From NCBI RefSeq assembly GCF_947490095.1, contig NZ_CANLFS010000001.1, positions 393,598 through 457,597 on the forward strand: a DNA stretch of 64,000 bases. Reading direction: 5' to 3'. The notes below the pieces were generated by a model. The model was given only the letters and a program-made list of their open reading frames with translations. It searched no databases and had not been told where the DNA came from. Made by a program: the position numbers and the translations under genes. Source of the stretch: an uncultured Halomonas sp. (GTDB taxonomy: Bacteria > Pseudomonadota > Gammaproteobacteria > Pseudomonadales > Halomonadaceae). Shown piece by piece: positions 18,785 to 29,569 of the stretch (within the stretch, counting starts at the first letter, position 1; the number at the start of each line of letters is the position of its first letter).

Positions 18785-18830
18785 TCAATCCAAGCAGACG
18801 TCAATCCAGGCAAAGGCGTCAATCCAGGCA
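18785..18830. repeat. Three direct 12-bp repeats TCAATCCARGCA (periods 16 and 18 bp)
   Basis: Copies at 18785..18796 (TCAATCCAAGCA), 18801..18812 and 18819..18830 (TCAATCCAGGCA). The last overlaps the stop and final codons of the MocA-like gene. Confidence 0.8.
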
Positions 18831-19445
18831 CCAGAAGGCCGCGAGGCATGCCGGGGTGTCGATATCCCGGTGCACGCCGGGGTCATCGACCTCGAGGTCG
18901 ACACAGGCGTGGGGAGACTCGGCGATCACGCCACGGGCGCCCTGCGCCCCGGACAGCGTCGCCAGGCGCGGCCAGAAGGCCCGACCGAAGAGCACGGGGT
19001 GCCCGGGACGGCCGGCGTGACGGGGTCGCACGATGCGCTCCGGCGCGGCGGCGCCCGCCAGTCGTCGACAGGTCGAGGGGGCGATGGCGGGCATGTCACC
19101 GAGCCACACCGCCGCCGCCTCGACGTCACGCATCTCGTTGTCTTCGAGCAGTCGCGTGAAGGCATCGCCGAGGCTCGCCCCGAGCCCCTCGTCGGCCCGT
19201 GGGGCGACCAGCAGGCGCGGCGCCTCGGGCATGGTGTCGAGTCCCAGCGTGGCGAGGCTCGCGTCGGGTCCCACGACCAGCACGCCCCGGGCCGACAGCG
19301 CCTGGCTGGCCTCGAGACTCGCCGCCAGCAGGAAGCGTCCATCCGGCAGGCGTGCGAGACGCTTGTCGGCGGGGCCGAAGCGGCGCGAACGCCCGGCCGC
19401 CATCATCAGGGTAACGACACGCTCGGTCGCGTTCCCCCGATTCAT
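18819..19445 (-). CDS. MobA-like NTP-transferase, probable molybdenum cofactor cytidylyltransferase (MocA-like)
   Basis: N-terminus VVTLMMAAGRSRRFG resembles the MobA/MocA nucleotide-binding loop, and GDMP is present. ATGA overlap with the xdhC-like stop. Lies in the IorAB/XdhC cluster. Confidence 0.8.
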   Translation of the reverse strand: MNRGNATERVVTLMMAAGRSRRFGPADKRLARLPDGRFLLAASLEASQALSARGVLVVGPDASLATLGLDTMPEAPRLLVAPRADEGLGASLGDAFTRLLEDNEMRDVEAAAVWLGDMPAIAPSTCRRLAGAAAPERIVRPRHAGRPGHPVLFGRAFWPRLATLSGAQGARGVIAESPHACVDLEVDDPGVHRDIDTPACLAAFWCLD

Positions 19446-20452
19446 AGCCCTTCCCGCCCTCGCCCACGACGCACCCGCACGATGTCGGCCATCGTCGCCA
19501 GGGCGATCTCCGCCGGCGTCTTGCTGCCGAGCCCCAGGCCGATCGGCATATGGAGGCGCGCCAGTTCGGCCTCGCCGAGCCCGCCGCTACGCTGGAGCCG
19601 CTCGGCCCGGGCCGTCGAGGCCTTCCGGGAGCCCATCACGCCGATATAGAAGGCCTCGGTGCGCACCGCCTCGATCATCGCCAGGTCGTCGAGGCGCGGG
19701 TCATGGGTCAACGCCACCACGGCGGTGGCCGCGTGGCAGCCGCCGCCGGCGATAAAGGTCGAGGGCAGTGTCGCGACGCGTTCCACGCCGGGCAGGTCGA
19801 GGGCCTCGAGCATTCCCGGGCGGGGGTCGCAGACGATGACCTCGAAGCCCAGGCGCTGGGCGAACTCGGCGCAGGCCTCGGCCACCGGCGACATCCCGGC
19901 CAGCACCAGCCGGGCCGCGGGCCCGATGCGCAGCTGAACCGTGCTCGGCACCGCCTCGTCCGCCGGGGGCCAGATCACCCGGTCACCGAGGCCCGCGTCA
20001 TCCTCGAGGCGGGCCTCGCCGCTCGCCAGGTCGACATGGCGCCGCTGCGGTCGCTGACCGGTCAGGGCCTGCTCCAGGGCCGAGAGGTGCGCCAGCGTCG
20101 CCTCCCCCGGCGCCAGGCATTCCACCAGCACCTCGAGGATGCCGCCACAGGGCAGCGTGACTCGCGACCCGTTCGCCCCCTCCTCGGCGCCATCGCCGTA
20201 ACGCACCCGCTGCACGGGCGCCGCGAAGTCGCCCTCGGCGAGACGCTCGAGAAAATCCTCCTCGACGCAGCCCCCGGACAGCGAGCCCACATGCTGGCCA
20301 TCGCGGCGCGCCACCAGCCAGGCACCCGGCTCTCTCGGCGAGGAGCCGAAGGTCGAGAGCACCGTGCACAGCCATAGCGTCTCCCCTGCCCGCGCCCAGG
20401 CCAGCGCCTGGCGGATCACCGTCAGATCAAGATATTGCATGATAGGCCTCAC
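19442..20452 (-). CDS. XdhC/CoxI-family molybdoenzyme maturation protein
   Basis: N-terminal XdhC_CoxI-like region (LCTVLSTFGSSPREPGAWLVARRDGQHVGSLSGGCVEEDF) and a C-terminal Rossmann-like part (LVLAGMSPVAEA, AVVALTHDPRLDD). The start is GTG 20452 or ATG 20440. Confidence 0.85.
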   Translation of the reverse strand: MRPIMQYLDLTVIRQALAWARAGETLWLCTVLSTFGSSPREPGAWLVARRDGQHVGSLSGGCVEEDFLERLAEGDFAAPVQRVRYGDGAEEGANGSRVTLPCGGILEVLVECLAPGEATLAHLSALEQALTGQRPQRRHVDLASGEARLEDDAGLGDRVIWPPADEAVPSTVQLRIGPAARLVLAGMSPVAEACAEFAQRLGFEVIVCDPRPGMLEALDLPGVERVATLPSTFIAGGGCHAATAVVALTHDPRLDDLAMIEAVRTEAFYIGVMGSRKASTARAERLQRSGGLGEAELARLHMPIGLGLGSKTPAEIALATMADIVRVRRGRGREGL

Positions 20453-20499
20453 ACAGGAAGGCCTCGCCCCGGCGGTCCGGGGCGAGGCTATCGGGCCGC

Positions 20500-22821
20500 C
20501 TAGAGGGCGGCCTTGAGGGACTCGGCACGCATCGGCATGTCCCGCAGGCGCACGCCCACCGCATGCTGGACGGCGTTGGCGATGGCGGGCGCCACCACCG
20601 TGGTACCCGGCTCGCCCAGGCCCACCGGCATCGCATCGCTGTCGACGAACTCGAGGTCCATCTCCGGCACCTGATGCATGCGCAGCGGTGTGTAGGCATC
20701 CAGATTCAGGGCCTCGGGCTTGCCCTTTCCGTATTCGGTGCCTTCATGCAAGGCCATCGACAGCCCCCACAGCAACGAGCCCTCGAGCTGCGCCATGGCC
20801 CCATCGGGGTGCGCCAGCGTGCCGGCATCGGCCACCGTGGTCAGGCGTTCCACCGTGATCGTGCCATCGCCGCGATCGACCCGCACCCGGACGATGCAGG
20901 CCACCCAGGTCGGCATATGGCGCTCCTGACCGAAGGTCAGGGCCACCCCCATGCCGACATCCTCGGGCAGGTTGTCGCGATCCGCCCAGCCGGCCTTGTC
21001 CATGGCCCTGTTCAGCACGGCCTTGAGGCGCTCGGCCCCGCCAATACTGTGGGGCGCCTGCCCCGCGTTGCGGCCCTCGGCCTTGAGCAGCCCGAGCCGG
21101 AACTCGGCCGGATCCGCGCCGGCCGCCAGCGCCAGCTCATCGATATGCTGCTCCACGGCCCAGGTGGTCCAGCCCGGCCCCACCGAGCGCAGATAGCCCG
21201 GCACAAAGACCTCATGGACCCTGTGATTCTGCTGGGCCCAGACCCGCTGGGCGCCGACGTCATACCAGTGGTCGGCACCGCTGATGGCGAAGGCGTCGAC
21301 CTTGCCGCCATTCTCGACCGTCTCGGCGAGAAATGCCGGCGCCATGGCGGCGGACGGCCAGCCGGCGGCGGCGGCGTGCTCGGAGGCCAGCACCCGGCCG
21401 GAGGCATCGAGGGCCGATCGCAGGCGCTGCACCGAAGGCGAGCGCACGCAGTCGAGGCGGGTATCGTCGGGCCGGGTGAAGAGCATCTTCACCGGGCGAC
21501 CCAGGGCCTTGGCCGCGAGTGCCGCCGGCACCGTGTAGTCGCCATAGAGGCGTCGCCCGAAGCCACCGCCCAGGTAGTACTGGTGCAGGGTGATACGGCT
21601 TTCGTCGACCTCCAGGGCCTTGGCCAGCATGTTCACCGCCAGCGACTGCTGCTGATTGCCGCAGTGGATGTGCCAGTGGCCATCTTCTTCGACCACGGTG
21701 GCATTGACCGGCTCGAGCTGGAAGTGCAGCACGCTGGAGGTGGTGTAGGTCGAATCGACCACCCGGCCGGCGTCTTCGAGGACCCCGGAGGCGTCACCGA
21801 TATCGACGAACAGCCCGCCGTTGTCGCGGCTCGGCGACGCGACCAGGGCCCGGCCCTGGGCCTGGATATCGGCCTCGGTGATCGCGTAGCTGTCGCCCCG
21901 CTGCCACTCGACCTTGAGCGCGTCGGCCGCGCGCATCGCCGCCGAGGTATTGTCGGCGATCACGGCGAGCCAGCCCTGGCAGACGCCGGAGGGGTCATCG
22001 AGCTCGATGGTCTGGCGATAGCCCTCGACCTGCTTGGCGGCGCTATCGTCCACCGAGACCGGCCGGGAACCGAAGCGGGTCGGCGGCAGGACCGGACGGG
22101 CATGGAGCATCTTGTCGACGGTGACATCGATGCCGTAGATCGCCTCGCCGTTGACCTTGGCCGGCACGTCGAGCGCTCCCCCCTGGGTGCCCAGCACCCG
22201 GCGCTCGCCGACCGGCTTGAGGTCGATCTTCTCGAGCTCCTCCTCGGAGAAGGTGCGCTCGAGCCCGACCTGGGCCACGATCTCGCCATAGCCGATCGAG
22301 GCATCACCGCTGATGACCCGACCCTCGCGGGCATGGCACGCGGCGGGATCGACCCCCAGCAGCGTGGCGCCGGCCTCGATCAGGGCGATGCGCCCCGCCG
22401 CGCCGGCCCGGGAGAGCGGCAGATAGCTCTGGTGCACCGACCAGCTGCCGCCGGTCACCATGTAGCCCCACTTCGGGTCGCTATCGACGTAGACCACCTC
22501 GATGCTGGACCAGTCGGCCTCGAGCTCCTCGGCGACCAGTCGCGCCAGGCTGGTGGCCACATGCTGGCCCATCTCGGCCTTGGTGATGTGAACGGTCACG
22601 ATGCCGTCCGGCCCGATGGCGTACCAGATCGTCGGCTCGTAGCGCCCGGCGGTCAGGGACTGGCTGGCGGAATCGCTCGCCGCACCGGCGGTGCCCGACA
22701 GCCCGAAGGCCATCATCGCCGTGCCGGCCATGGTGCCGATCAGGAAGCCGCGACGGGTGATGCCCCGGGCCTCGCTGTCTCCGGCCTCGACGGCCGCCAG
22801 CTGGTCATCAAACCTGGCCAT
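20500..22821 (-). CDS. Xanthine dehydrogenase-family molybdopterin-binding subunit (IorB / aldehyde oxidoreductase beta-like), Tat-signal bearing
   Basis: 773 aa. Has a twin-arginine motif, TRRGFLIGTMAGTAMMAFGLSG. Its size and pairing with the upstream small 2Fe-2S subunit match IorAB-type enzymes. Confidence 0.9.
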   Translation of the reverse strand: MARFDDQLAAVEAGDSEARGITRRGFLIGTMAGTAMMAFGLSGTAGAASDSASQSLTAGRYEPTIWYAIGPDGIVTVHITKAEMGQHVATSLARLVAEELEADWSSIEVVYVDSDPKWGYMVTGGSWSVHQSYLPLSRAGAAGRIALIEAGATLLGVDPAACHAREGRVISGDASIGYGEIVAQVGLERTFSEEELEKIDLKPVGERRVLGTQGGALDVPAKVNGEAIYGIDVTVDKMLHARPVLPPTRFGSRPVSVDDSAAKQVEGYRQTIELDDPSGVCQGWLAVIADNTSAAMRAADALKVEWQRGDSYAITEADIQAQGRALVASPSRDNGGLFVDIGDASGVLEDAGRVVDSTYTTSSVLHFQLEPVNATVVEEDGHWHIHCGNQQQSLAVNMLAKALEVDESRITLHQYYLGGGFGRRLYGDYTVPAALAAKALGRPVKMLFTRPDDTRLDCVRSPSVQRLRSALDASGRVLASEHAAAAGWPSAAMAPAFLAETVENGGKVDAFAISGADHWYDVGAQRVWAQQNHRVHEVFVPGYLRSVGPGWTTWAVEQHIDELALAAGADPAEFRLGLLKAEGRNAGQAPHSIGGAERLKAVLNRAMDKAGWADRDNLPEDVGMGVALTFGQERHMPTWVACIVRVRVDRGDGTITVERLTTVADAGTLAHPDGAMAQLEGSLLWGLSMALHEGTEYGKGKPEALNLDAYTPLRMHQVPEMDLEFVDSDAMPVGLGEPGTTVVAPAIANAVQHAVGVRLRDMPMRAESLKAAL

Positions 22822-23338
22822 GGGTCACCTCCTGGGCACGGGTGGGGTCGAAGATGCCGACGCCGGCCGTATCGGCCTCGCGGGCCTGGGTGATCTCGGC
22901 GGCACGCTTCACCGCCCGATGGATGCGCCGATAGGCCATGCAACGACAGAGATTGCCGGCCATGGCCTCGGTGACCTCCTCATCGCTGGGGTCGGCGTTG
23001 CGGCTCAGGAAATCGGCGGCCTGCATGATCTGGCCCGACTGACAGTAGCCACACTGGGGCACCTGATGCTCGCGCCAGGCCTGCTGCAGGGGATGATCAG
23101 CGTTCTCCGACAGCCCCTCGATGGTGACTACCTCGGCCCCCTCGGCGGCGGAGACCGGCAACACGCAGGTACGGGTGGCGGCGCCATCGAGATGCACGGT
23201 GCAGGCGCCGCACTGGGCGATGCCGCAGCCAAACTTGGTGCCGGTCATGCCCAGATGGTCCCGCAGCACCCACAACAGGGGCGTCTGCGGGGACACCTCG
23301 ACACTGACCGGCTCGCCGTTCAGGGTAAAACTGGCCAA
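22808..23338 (-). CDS. (2Fe-2S)-binding small subunit of the molybdoenzyme (IorA-like)
   Basis: Plant-type cluster motif GCGIAQCGACTV and a second cluster motif CGYCQSGQIM ... CRCMAY. It overlaps the beta-subunit start by 14 nt. Confidence 0.92.
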   Translation of the reverse strand: MASFTLNGEPVSVEVSPQTPLLWVLRDHLGMTGTKFGCGIAQCGACTVHLDGAATRTCVLPVSAAEGAEVVTIEGLSENADHPLQQAWREHQVPQCGYCQSGQIMQAADFLSRNADPSDEEVTEAMAGNLCRCMAYRRIHRAVKRAAEITQAREADTAGVGIFDPTRAQEVTHGQV

Positions 23339-23460
23339 GGGAACTCTCCTTCAAAAATGGGTGCGAACACGCCCCTGCCCTCGCCATGCGGCGAGATTCG
23401 GCGCTAGCGGCAGGCTCGCAGGGCGCACAAATTAACAGAAGGACCCGGACCACGTCCTGT

Positions 23461-23500
23461 AAAAAATGCCAAGACCCCGCCACGAGGGGCGGGGTCTTGG
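23461..23500 (-). terminator. Rho-independent terminator after ppsA
   Basis: CCAAGACCCCGCC (23469..23481) pairs with GGCGGGGTCTTGG (23488..23500). The minus-strand transcript then has a U6 tract (plus-strand AAAAAA 23461..23466). Confidence 0.8.
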
Positions 23501-23535
23501 GTCGAGAGTCGACGCGGCGGGAGACGCCCGGGGCG

Positions 23536-25908
23536 TTAACCGATGGTTTCCCCGGCCAGCATGAACCAGGTCTCGAGCACGGCGTCGGGGTTGAGCGATA
23601 CCGAATCGATCCCCTGCTCCATCAACCACTTGGCCAGGTCGGGGTGGTCCGAGGGGCCCTGACCGCAGATGCCGATATACTTGCCCTGGGCCTTGCAGGC
23701 CTGGATGGCCATGGCCAGCAGCTTCTTCACCGCCGGGTTTCGCTCCTCGAACAGGTGCGCCACGATGCCGGAGTCACGATCCAGCCCCAGGGTGAGCTGG
23801 GTCAGGTCGTTGGAGCCGATGGAGAAGCCATCGAAATACGCCAGGAACTCCTCGGCGAGCAGGGCGTTGGCCGGCAGCTCACACATCATGATGACCTTGA
23901 GGCCATTGTCGCCACGCTTGAGGCCGTTGGCGGCCAGCAGGTCGATGACCTCGCTGGCCTCCTCGGTGGTGCGCACGAAGGGCACCATGATCTCGATATT
24001 ATCCAGCCCCATCTCCTCCCGGACCCGCTTGAGGGCACGGCACTCCAGTTCGAAGCACTCGCGGAAGTTGTCGGAGATGTAGCGTGACGCCCCGCGGAAA
24101 CCCAGCATCGGGTTCTCTTCCCCCGGCTCGTAGAGCTTGCCGCCGATCAGGTTCTCGTACTCGTTGGACTTGAAGTCCGACAGGCGCACGATGACCCGCT
24201 GGGGATGAAACGCGGCCGCCAGGGTGGAGATACCCTCCACCAGCTTGTCGACGTAGAAGTCGATCGGGCTGTTATAGCCGGCGGTGCGCAGATCGATGGT
24301 CTGCTGCAGATCCTCCGGCAGGGTGTCGTAGTCGAGCAGCGCCTTGGGGTGCACGCCGATCATGCGGTTGATGATGAACTCCAGGCGCGCCAGGCCCACA
24401 CCGGCATTGGGCAGGCTCGCGAAGCCGAAGGCACGGTCGGGGTTGCCGACGTTCATCATGATCTTGAAGGGGATCTCGGGCATGGCATCGACGCTGGTGA
24501 CCTGGCGGTCAAAGGCCAGCAGCCCTTCGTAGACATGACCGGCGTCGCCCTCGGCGCAGGAGACGGTGACATCGCGGCCATCGGCGAGAATCTCGGTGGC
24601 ATCACTGCAGCCCACCACCGCCGGGATGCCCAGCTCCCGGGCGATGATCGCCGCATGGCAGGTCCGGCCGCCACGATTGGTCACGATGGCCGAGGCCCGC
24701 TTCATGATCGGCTCCCAGTCGGGGTCGGTCATGTCGGTGACCAGCACGTCGCCGGCGTTGACCTTCTCCATGTCATCCGGCGAGAAGACCACCTTGACCG
24801 TACCGCTACCGATACGCTGACCGATGGCACGGCCGCTGACCAGGTTGCGTCCCTTCTCCTTGAGCTGGAAGCGCTCGAGCTGGCCGCCCTGCTGCTGGGA
24901 GACCACGGTCTCGGGGCGCGCCTGAACGATATAGAGCTGGCCATCGTCGCCGTCCAGGGCCCACTCGATATCCATGGGCCGCTGGTAGTGCGCCTCGATG
25001 GTGGTCGCCTGGCGGGCCAGCGCCATCACCTGCTCATCATCGATACAGAAACGCCCCCGCTCCTTGAGCGGCACATCCACGGTTTCCACCGACTTGCCGG
25101 CACTGGCCTCCTGGCCATAGACCATCTTGATCAGCTTGGAGCCCAGATTGCGACGCAACACGGCGGGCCGGCCGGCGGCGAGTGTCGGCTTGTGGACGTA
25201 GAATTCGTCGGGGTTCACGGCACCCTGTACCACGGTCTCGCCGAGGCCCCAGGAGGCGGTGACGAAGACCGCATCGCGAAAGCCCGATTCGGTATCGAGG
25301 GTGAACATCACCCCGGCGGCCCCGGTCTCGGAGCGCACCATCTTCTGGATGCCGGCGGAGAGCGCCACGTTCTCGTGGGCGTAGCCGCGGTGCACGCGAT
25401 AGGAGATGGCGCGGTCGTTGAACAGCGAGGCGAACACCTCGTGGACGGCACGCTTGATGTTGTCGAAGCCCTCGATGTTGAGGAAGGTCTCCTGCTGGCC
25501 GGCGAAGGAGGCATCGGGCAGGTCTTCGGCGGTGGCCGAGGAGCGCACCGCCGCCTTGAGGTTGGGGTGCCGGGCGAGCAGCATCTCGTAGGCGCTGCGC
25601 AGGTGCTCTTCGAAGACCGGCGGCAGCGGGGTGTCGATCACCCACTGGCGAATCTGGGCGCCGACACGCGACAGCTCGGCGACGTCATCCACGTCCAGGG
25701 TCGCCAGTGCCTGATTGATGCGCTCGTTGAGGCCCTCGTGGGAGAGGAATTCGCGGTAAGCGTGGGCAGTGGTGGCAAAGCCGCCGGGCACGGTAACGCC
25801 GGCGCCGGCCAGGTTGGAGATCATCTCGCCAAGAGAGGCGTTCTTGCCCCCCACACGCTCGACATCGTCCATGCCCAGCTCATCGAACCACAGAATGTAA
25901 TCGTCCAC
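23536..25908 (-). CDS. ppsA: Phosphoenolpyruvate synthase (pyruvate, water dikinase)
   Basis: 790 aa. N-terminus [29 protein letters not shown], phospho-His region [21 protein letters not shown], and a C-terminal PEP-utilising TIM-barrel domain. Confidence 0.96.
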   Translation of the reverse strand: MDDYILWFDELGMDDVERVGGKNASLGEMISNLAGAGVTVPGGFATTAHAYREFLSHEGLNERINQALATLDVDDVAELSRVGAQIRQWVIDTPLPPVFEEHLRSAYEMLLARHPNLKAAVRSSATAEDLPDASFAGQQETFLNIEGFDNIKRAVHEVFASLFNDRAISYRVHRGYAHENVALSAGIQKMVRSETGAAGVMFTLDTESGFRDAVFVTASWGLGETVVQGAVNPDEFYVHKPTLAAGRPAVLRRNLGSKLIKMVYGQEASAGKSVETVDVPLKERGRFCIDDEQVMALARQATTIEAHYQRPMDIEWALDGDDGQLYIVQARPETVVSQQQGGQLERFQLKEKGRNLVSGRAIGQRIGSGTVKVVFSPDDMEKVNAGDVLVTDMTDPDWEPIMKRASAIVTNRGGRTCHAAIIARELGIPAVVGCSDATEILADGRDVTVSCAEGDAGHVYEGLLAFDRQVTSVDAMPEIPFKIMMNVGNPDRAFGFASLPNAGVGLARLEFIINRMIGVHPKALLDYDTLPEDLQQTIDLRTAGYNSPIDFYVDKLVEGISTLAAAFHPQRVIVRLSDFKSNEYENLIGGKLYEPGEENPMLGFRGASRYISDNFRECFELECRALKRVREEMGLDNIEIMVPFVRTTEEASEVIDLLAANGLKRGDNGLKVIMMCELPANALLAEEFLAYFDGFSIGSNDLTQLTLGLDRDSGIVAHLFEERNPAVKKLLAMAIQACKAQGKYIGICGQGPSDHPDLAKWLMEQGIDSVSLNPDAVLETWFMLAGETIG

Positions 25909-25926
25909 GGGACCCCCTTGGCTTAC

Positions 25927-25958
25927 GACGAAAGTTCGTCATGCCGACGGGCATGACG
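25927..25958 (-). promoter_or_regulatory. Two overlapping inverted repeats in the ppsA 5' leader (candidate operator and/or leader hairpin)
   Basis: GACGAAAGTTCGTC (25927..25940) is a 6-2-6 palindrome. CGTCATGCC (25937..25945) and GGCATGACG (25950..25958) form a 9-bp dyad. Both lie 19-50 nt upstream of the ppsA start codon. Confidence 0.4.
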
Positions 25959-26160
25959 GGATGTTAACGACTCTACCAAGCGGCAACCATGTACGCCATT
26001 GGTCTAATAGCGAAGTCACTGGAGGATTTTTACAACAGTGTGCTCTTTTCGCCCCTTCCTGTAGTCCGCACCATTACGATATACGAAGGGCGCCGGAGCA
26101 ACTTGTCGCGGGGGACATGGAGGCCGACAATGGGATTTTTGTCGACCAAGCGATCCCCCC

Positions 26161-26994
26161 ATGACCCGCACCGCCTTCTTTATCTCCGACGGCACCGGCA
26201 TCACCGCCGAGAGCCTGGGCCGCAGCCTGCTGGCACAGTTCGAGAACGTCGAGATACGCATGATTACCAAACCCTATATCGACACCCTCGAGAAGGCCCA
26301 CGGCCTGGTGGAGATCATCAACGGCGTGGCGGTGCGCGACGGCGAAGTGCCGATCATCATCGACACCATCGTCGATAGCGAAATCCGTCAGATCATCAGC
26401 GACTCGGAAGGCTTCAATATCGATATCTTCTCGACCTTCCTCGCGCCCCTGGAGCAGGAACTCGAGACGCACTCCAGCTACACCGTGGGCCGCACCCACT
26501 CCATCGGCAAGGATGAGGCCTATATGGACCGCATCCAGTCGGTGCACTTCGCCCTGGACAATGACGATGGCGCGCGCACTCACCAGTACGACAAGGCCGA
26601 CGTGATCCTGATCGGCGTATCGCGCTGCGGCAAGACCCCCACCTCGCTCTATCTGGCGCTACAGTTCGGCATCCGGGCGGCCAACTATCCCCTGACCGAG
26701 GACGACCTCGACGAGGATGGCAGCCTCAAGATGCCCAAGGTACTGGCGCCCCATCATCACAAGCTGTTCGGCCTGACCATCGATGCCCGGCGGCTCGCCG
26801 CGATCCGCCACGAGCGCCGCCCCAACAGCCGCTACAGCTCCATGGATCAGTGCCTTCAGGAAGTGGGCCAGGCCGAGGGACTCTACCGCCAGCTGCATAT
26901 CCCCTTCATCGATACCACGCGCTTCTCGGTAGAGGAGATCTCCACCCGCATGATCGCCGAAATGGGGCTGATGCGGCGGTTTTCACCGCGCTGA
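26161..26994 (+). CDS. ppsR: PEP synthase regulatory protein (pyruvate, water dikinase kinase/phosphorylase, DUF299)
   Basis: [27 protein letters not shown] and P-loop-like [17 protein letters not shown]. It is divergent from ppsA, as in other gammaproteobacteria. Confidence 0.92.
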   Translation: MTRTAFFISDGTGITAESLGRSLLAQFENVEIRMITKPYIDTLEKAHGLVEIINGVAVRDGEVPIIIDTIVDSEIRQIISDSEGFNIDIFSTFLAPLEQELETHSSYTVGRTHSIGKDEAYMDRIQSVHFALDNDDGARTHQYDKADVILIGVSRCGKTPTSLYLALQFGIRAANYPLTEDDLDEDGSLKMPKVLAPHHHKLFGLTIDARRLAAIRHERRPNSRYSSMDQCLQEVGQAEGLYRQLHIPFIDTTRFSVEEISTRMIAEMGLMRRFSPR

Positions 26995-27003
26995 GTGCCA
27001 GGT

Positions 27004-27034
27004 TGCAGGAGGGCAGCAAAGCCGCCCTCCTGCA
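27004..27034. terminator. Hairpin between convergent ppsR and the CoA-transferase gene (bidirectional terminator candidate)
   Basis: TGCAGGAGGGC (27004..27014) pairs with GCCCTCCTGCA (27024..27034). There is no clear U-tract. Confidence 0.45.
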
Positions 27035-27048
27035 GGCACCGGCAGACC

Positions 27049-28254
27049 CTAGTTTACCACCCCGGCCTTGCGTAGCCGGGCGATATCATCGGCGGTCAGA
27101 CCCATCTCGGCGAGCAGGGCATCGCTGTCCTGCCCCAGGCGTGGCGGCGCCAGCTCGCTGGTGGCGGAGGCGCCATCGAAGCGCAGGGGGTTGGCCACCT
27201 GGGGCACCTCCAGGGCCTCGCGATGCAGGGTGCGATACATCTCGCGATGCCGCACCTGGGGGTCATCGAACACCTCGCTGAGGGTGTTGATGGGGCCGCC
27301 GGGAATGCCGCGGGCCTCCAGCTCGTCCAGCCATTCGTCCCGGGGTCGGGTCATCAGGATCGCCTGGATCATGGGTACCAGCACCTCGCGGTTGCCGACC
27401 CGGGCGGCATTGGTGGCATAGGCGGGATCCCGGGCCCACTCCGGCCGCCCCAACAGGGCGGCCAGGCGGGAGAACTGAGCGTCATTGCCCACGGTCAGTA
27501 CCAGGTGTCCGTCGGCGCAGGCGAAGGCCTGATAGGGCACGATGTTGGGATGGGCGTTGCCATGGCGATCCGGGTTGTCGCCGCTGACCAGCACGTTGAG
27601 CGCCTGGTTGGCCAGCGTCGCCACCTGGACATCGAGCAGCGCCACGTCCACATGGCGCCCCACGCCGGTGCGGTTGCGCTCCTGGAGCGCGGCGAGGACG
27701 CCAACGGTGGCATAGAGCCCCGTCATCACATCGGTGATCGCCACCCCGGTCTTCATCGGCTGGGCCTCGGCGTCACCGGTGAGGCTCATCAGCCCGCCCA
27801 TGGCCTGGATCATGAAGTCGTAGCCGGCGCGATGCGCGTAGGGGCCATCCTGGCCGAAGCCGGTAATGGAGCAGCCGATCAGCCGCGGGTTGAGCGCCCG
27901 CAGGCTGGCGTAGTCGAGGCCGTACTTGGCCAGGCCGCCGACCTTGAAGTTCTCGAGCAGGATATCGGCGCCCTCGGCCAGCTTGTGCACCAGTGCCTGG
28001 CCCTCTTCGGAGGCGATATCCACGGCCAGGGAGTGCTTGCCTCGATTGGCACAGAGATAATAGGCGGCGACCCTGTCGCGCTCGCTCTCCTCGGCCAGCC
28101 AGGGGGGCCCCCAGCCACGCGTATCATCGCCGCGCTGGGGGTGTTCGATCTTGATGACCCGGGCCCCCAGGTCGGCGAGCAGCTGGCCCGCCCAGGGGCC
28201 CGCCAGCACCCGTGACATATCGAGCACCGTGATGCCCTCAAGCGGTCCGCTCAT
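27049..28254 (-). CDS. CaiB/BaiF family III CoA-transferase, probable glutarate/succinyl-CoA transferase partner of GcdH
   Basis: ORF 27049..28272 (GTG) trimmed to ATG 28254, because AAGGAG lies 6 nt upstream. GITVLDMSRVLAGPWAGQLLADLGARVIKIEHP is the typical family III N-terminus. It lies 36 nt downstream of gcdH. Confidence 0.9.
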   Translation of the reverse strand: MSGPLEGITVLDMSRVLAGPWAGQLLADLGARVIKIEHPQRGDDTRGWGPPWLAEESERDRVAAYYLCANRGKHSLAVDIASEEGQALVHKLAEGADILLENFKVGGLAKYGLDYASLRALNPRLIGCSITGFGQDGPYAHRAGYDFMIQAMGGLMSLTGDAEAQPMKTGVAITDVMTGLYATVGVLAALQERNRTGVGRHVDVALLDVQVATLANQALNVLVSGDNPDRHGNAHPNIVPYQAFACADGHLVLTVGNDAQFSRLAALLGRPEWARDPAYATNAARVGNREVLVPMIQAILMTRPRDEWLDELEARGIPGGPINTLSEVFDDPQVRHREMYRTLHREALEVPQVANPLRFDGASATSELAPPRLGQDSDALLAEMGLTADDIARLRKAGVVN

Positions 28255-28290
28255 CTGCAGCTCCTTGCTCACTCTCAGTGACCTACCGGC

Positions 28291-29472
<1,182 letters not shown>

Positions 29473-29505
29473 GCGAAATCCTCGGTGGCGGGGCGATGAT
29501 TAATA

Positions 29506-29528
29506 TCTACATTTTCAATAAATGTAGA
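29506..29528 (-). promoter_or_regulatory. Perfect 9-5-9 inverted repeat in an AT-rich patch upstream of gcdH (candidate operator)
   Basis: TCTACATTT (29506..29514), spacer TCAAT, AAATGTAGA (29520..29528). It lies 34-56 nt upstream of the gcdH ATG (29472) and next to a TATACT-like hexamer on the gene strand. Confidence 0.45.
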
Positions 29529-29569
29529 GTATAAACCCTGCCCTGCCAAGCCCCACCGAGAAAAATCGG

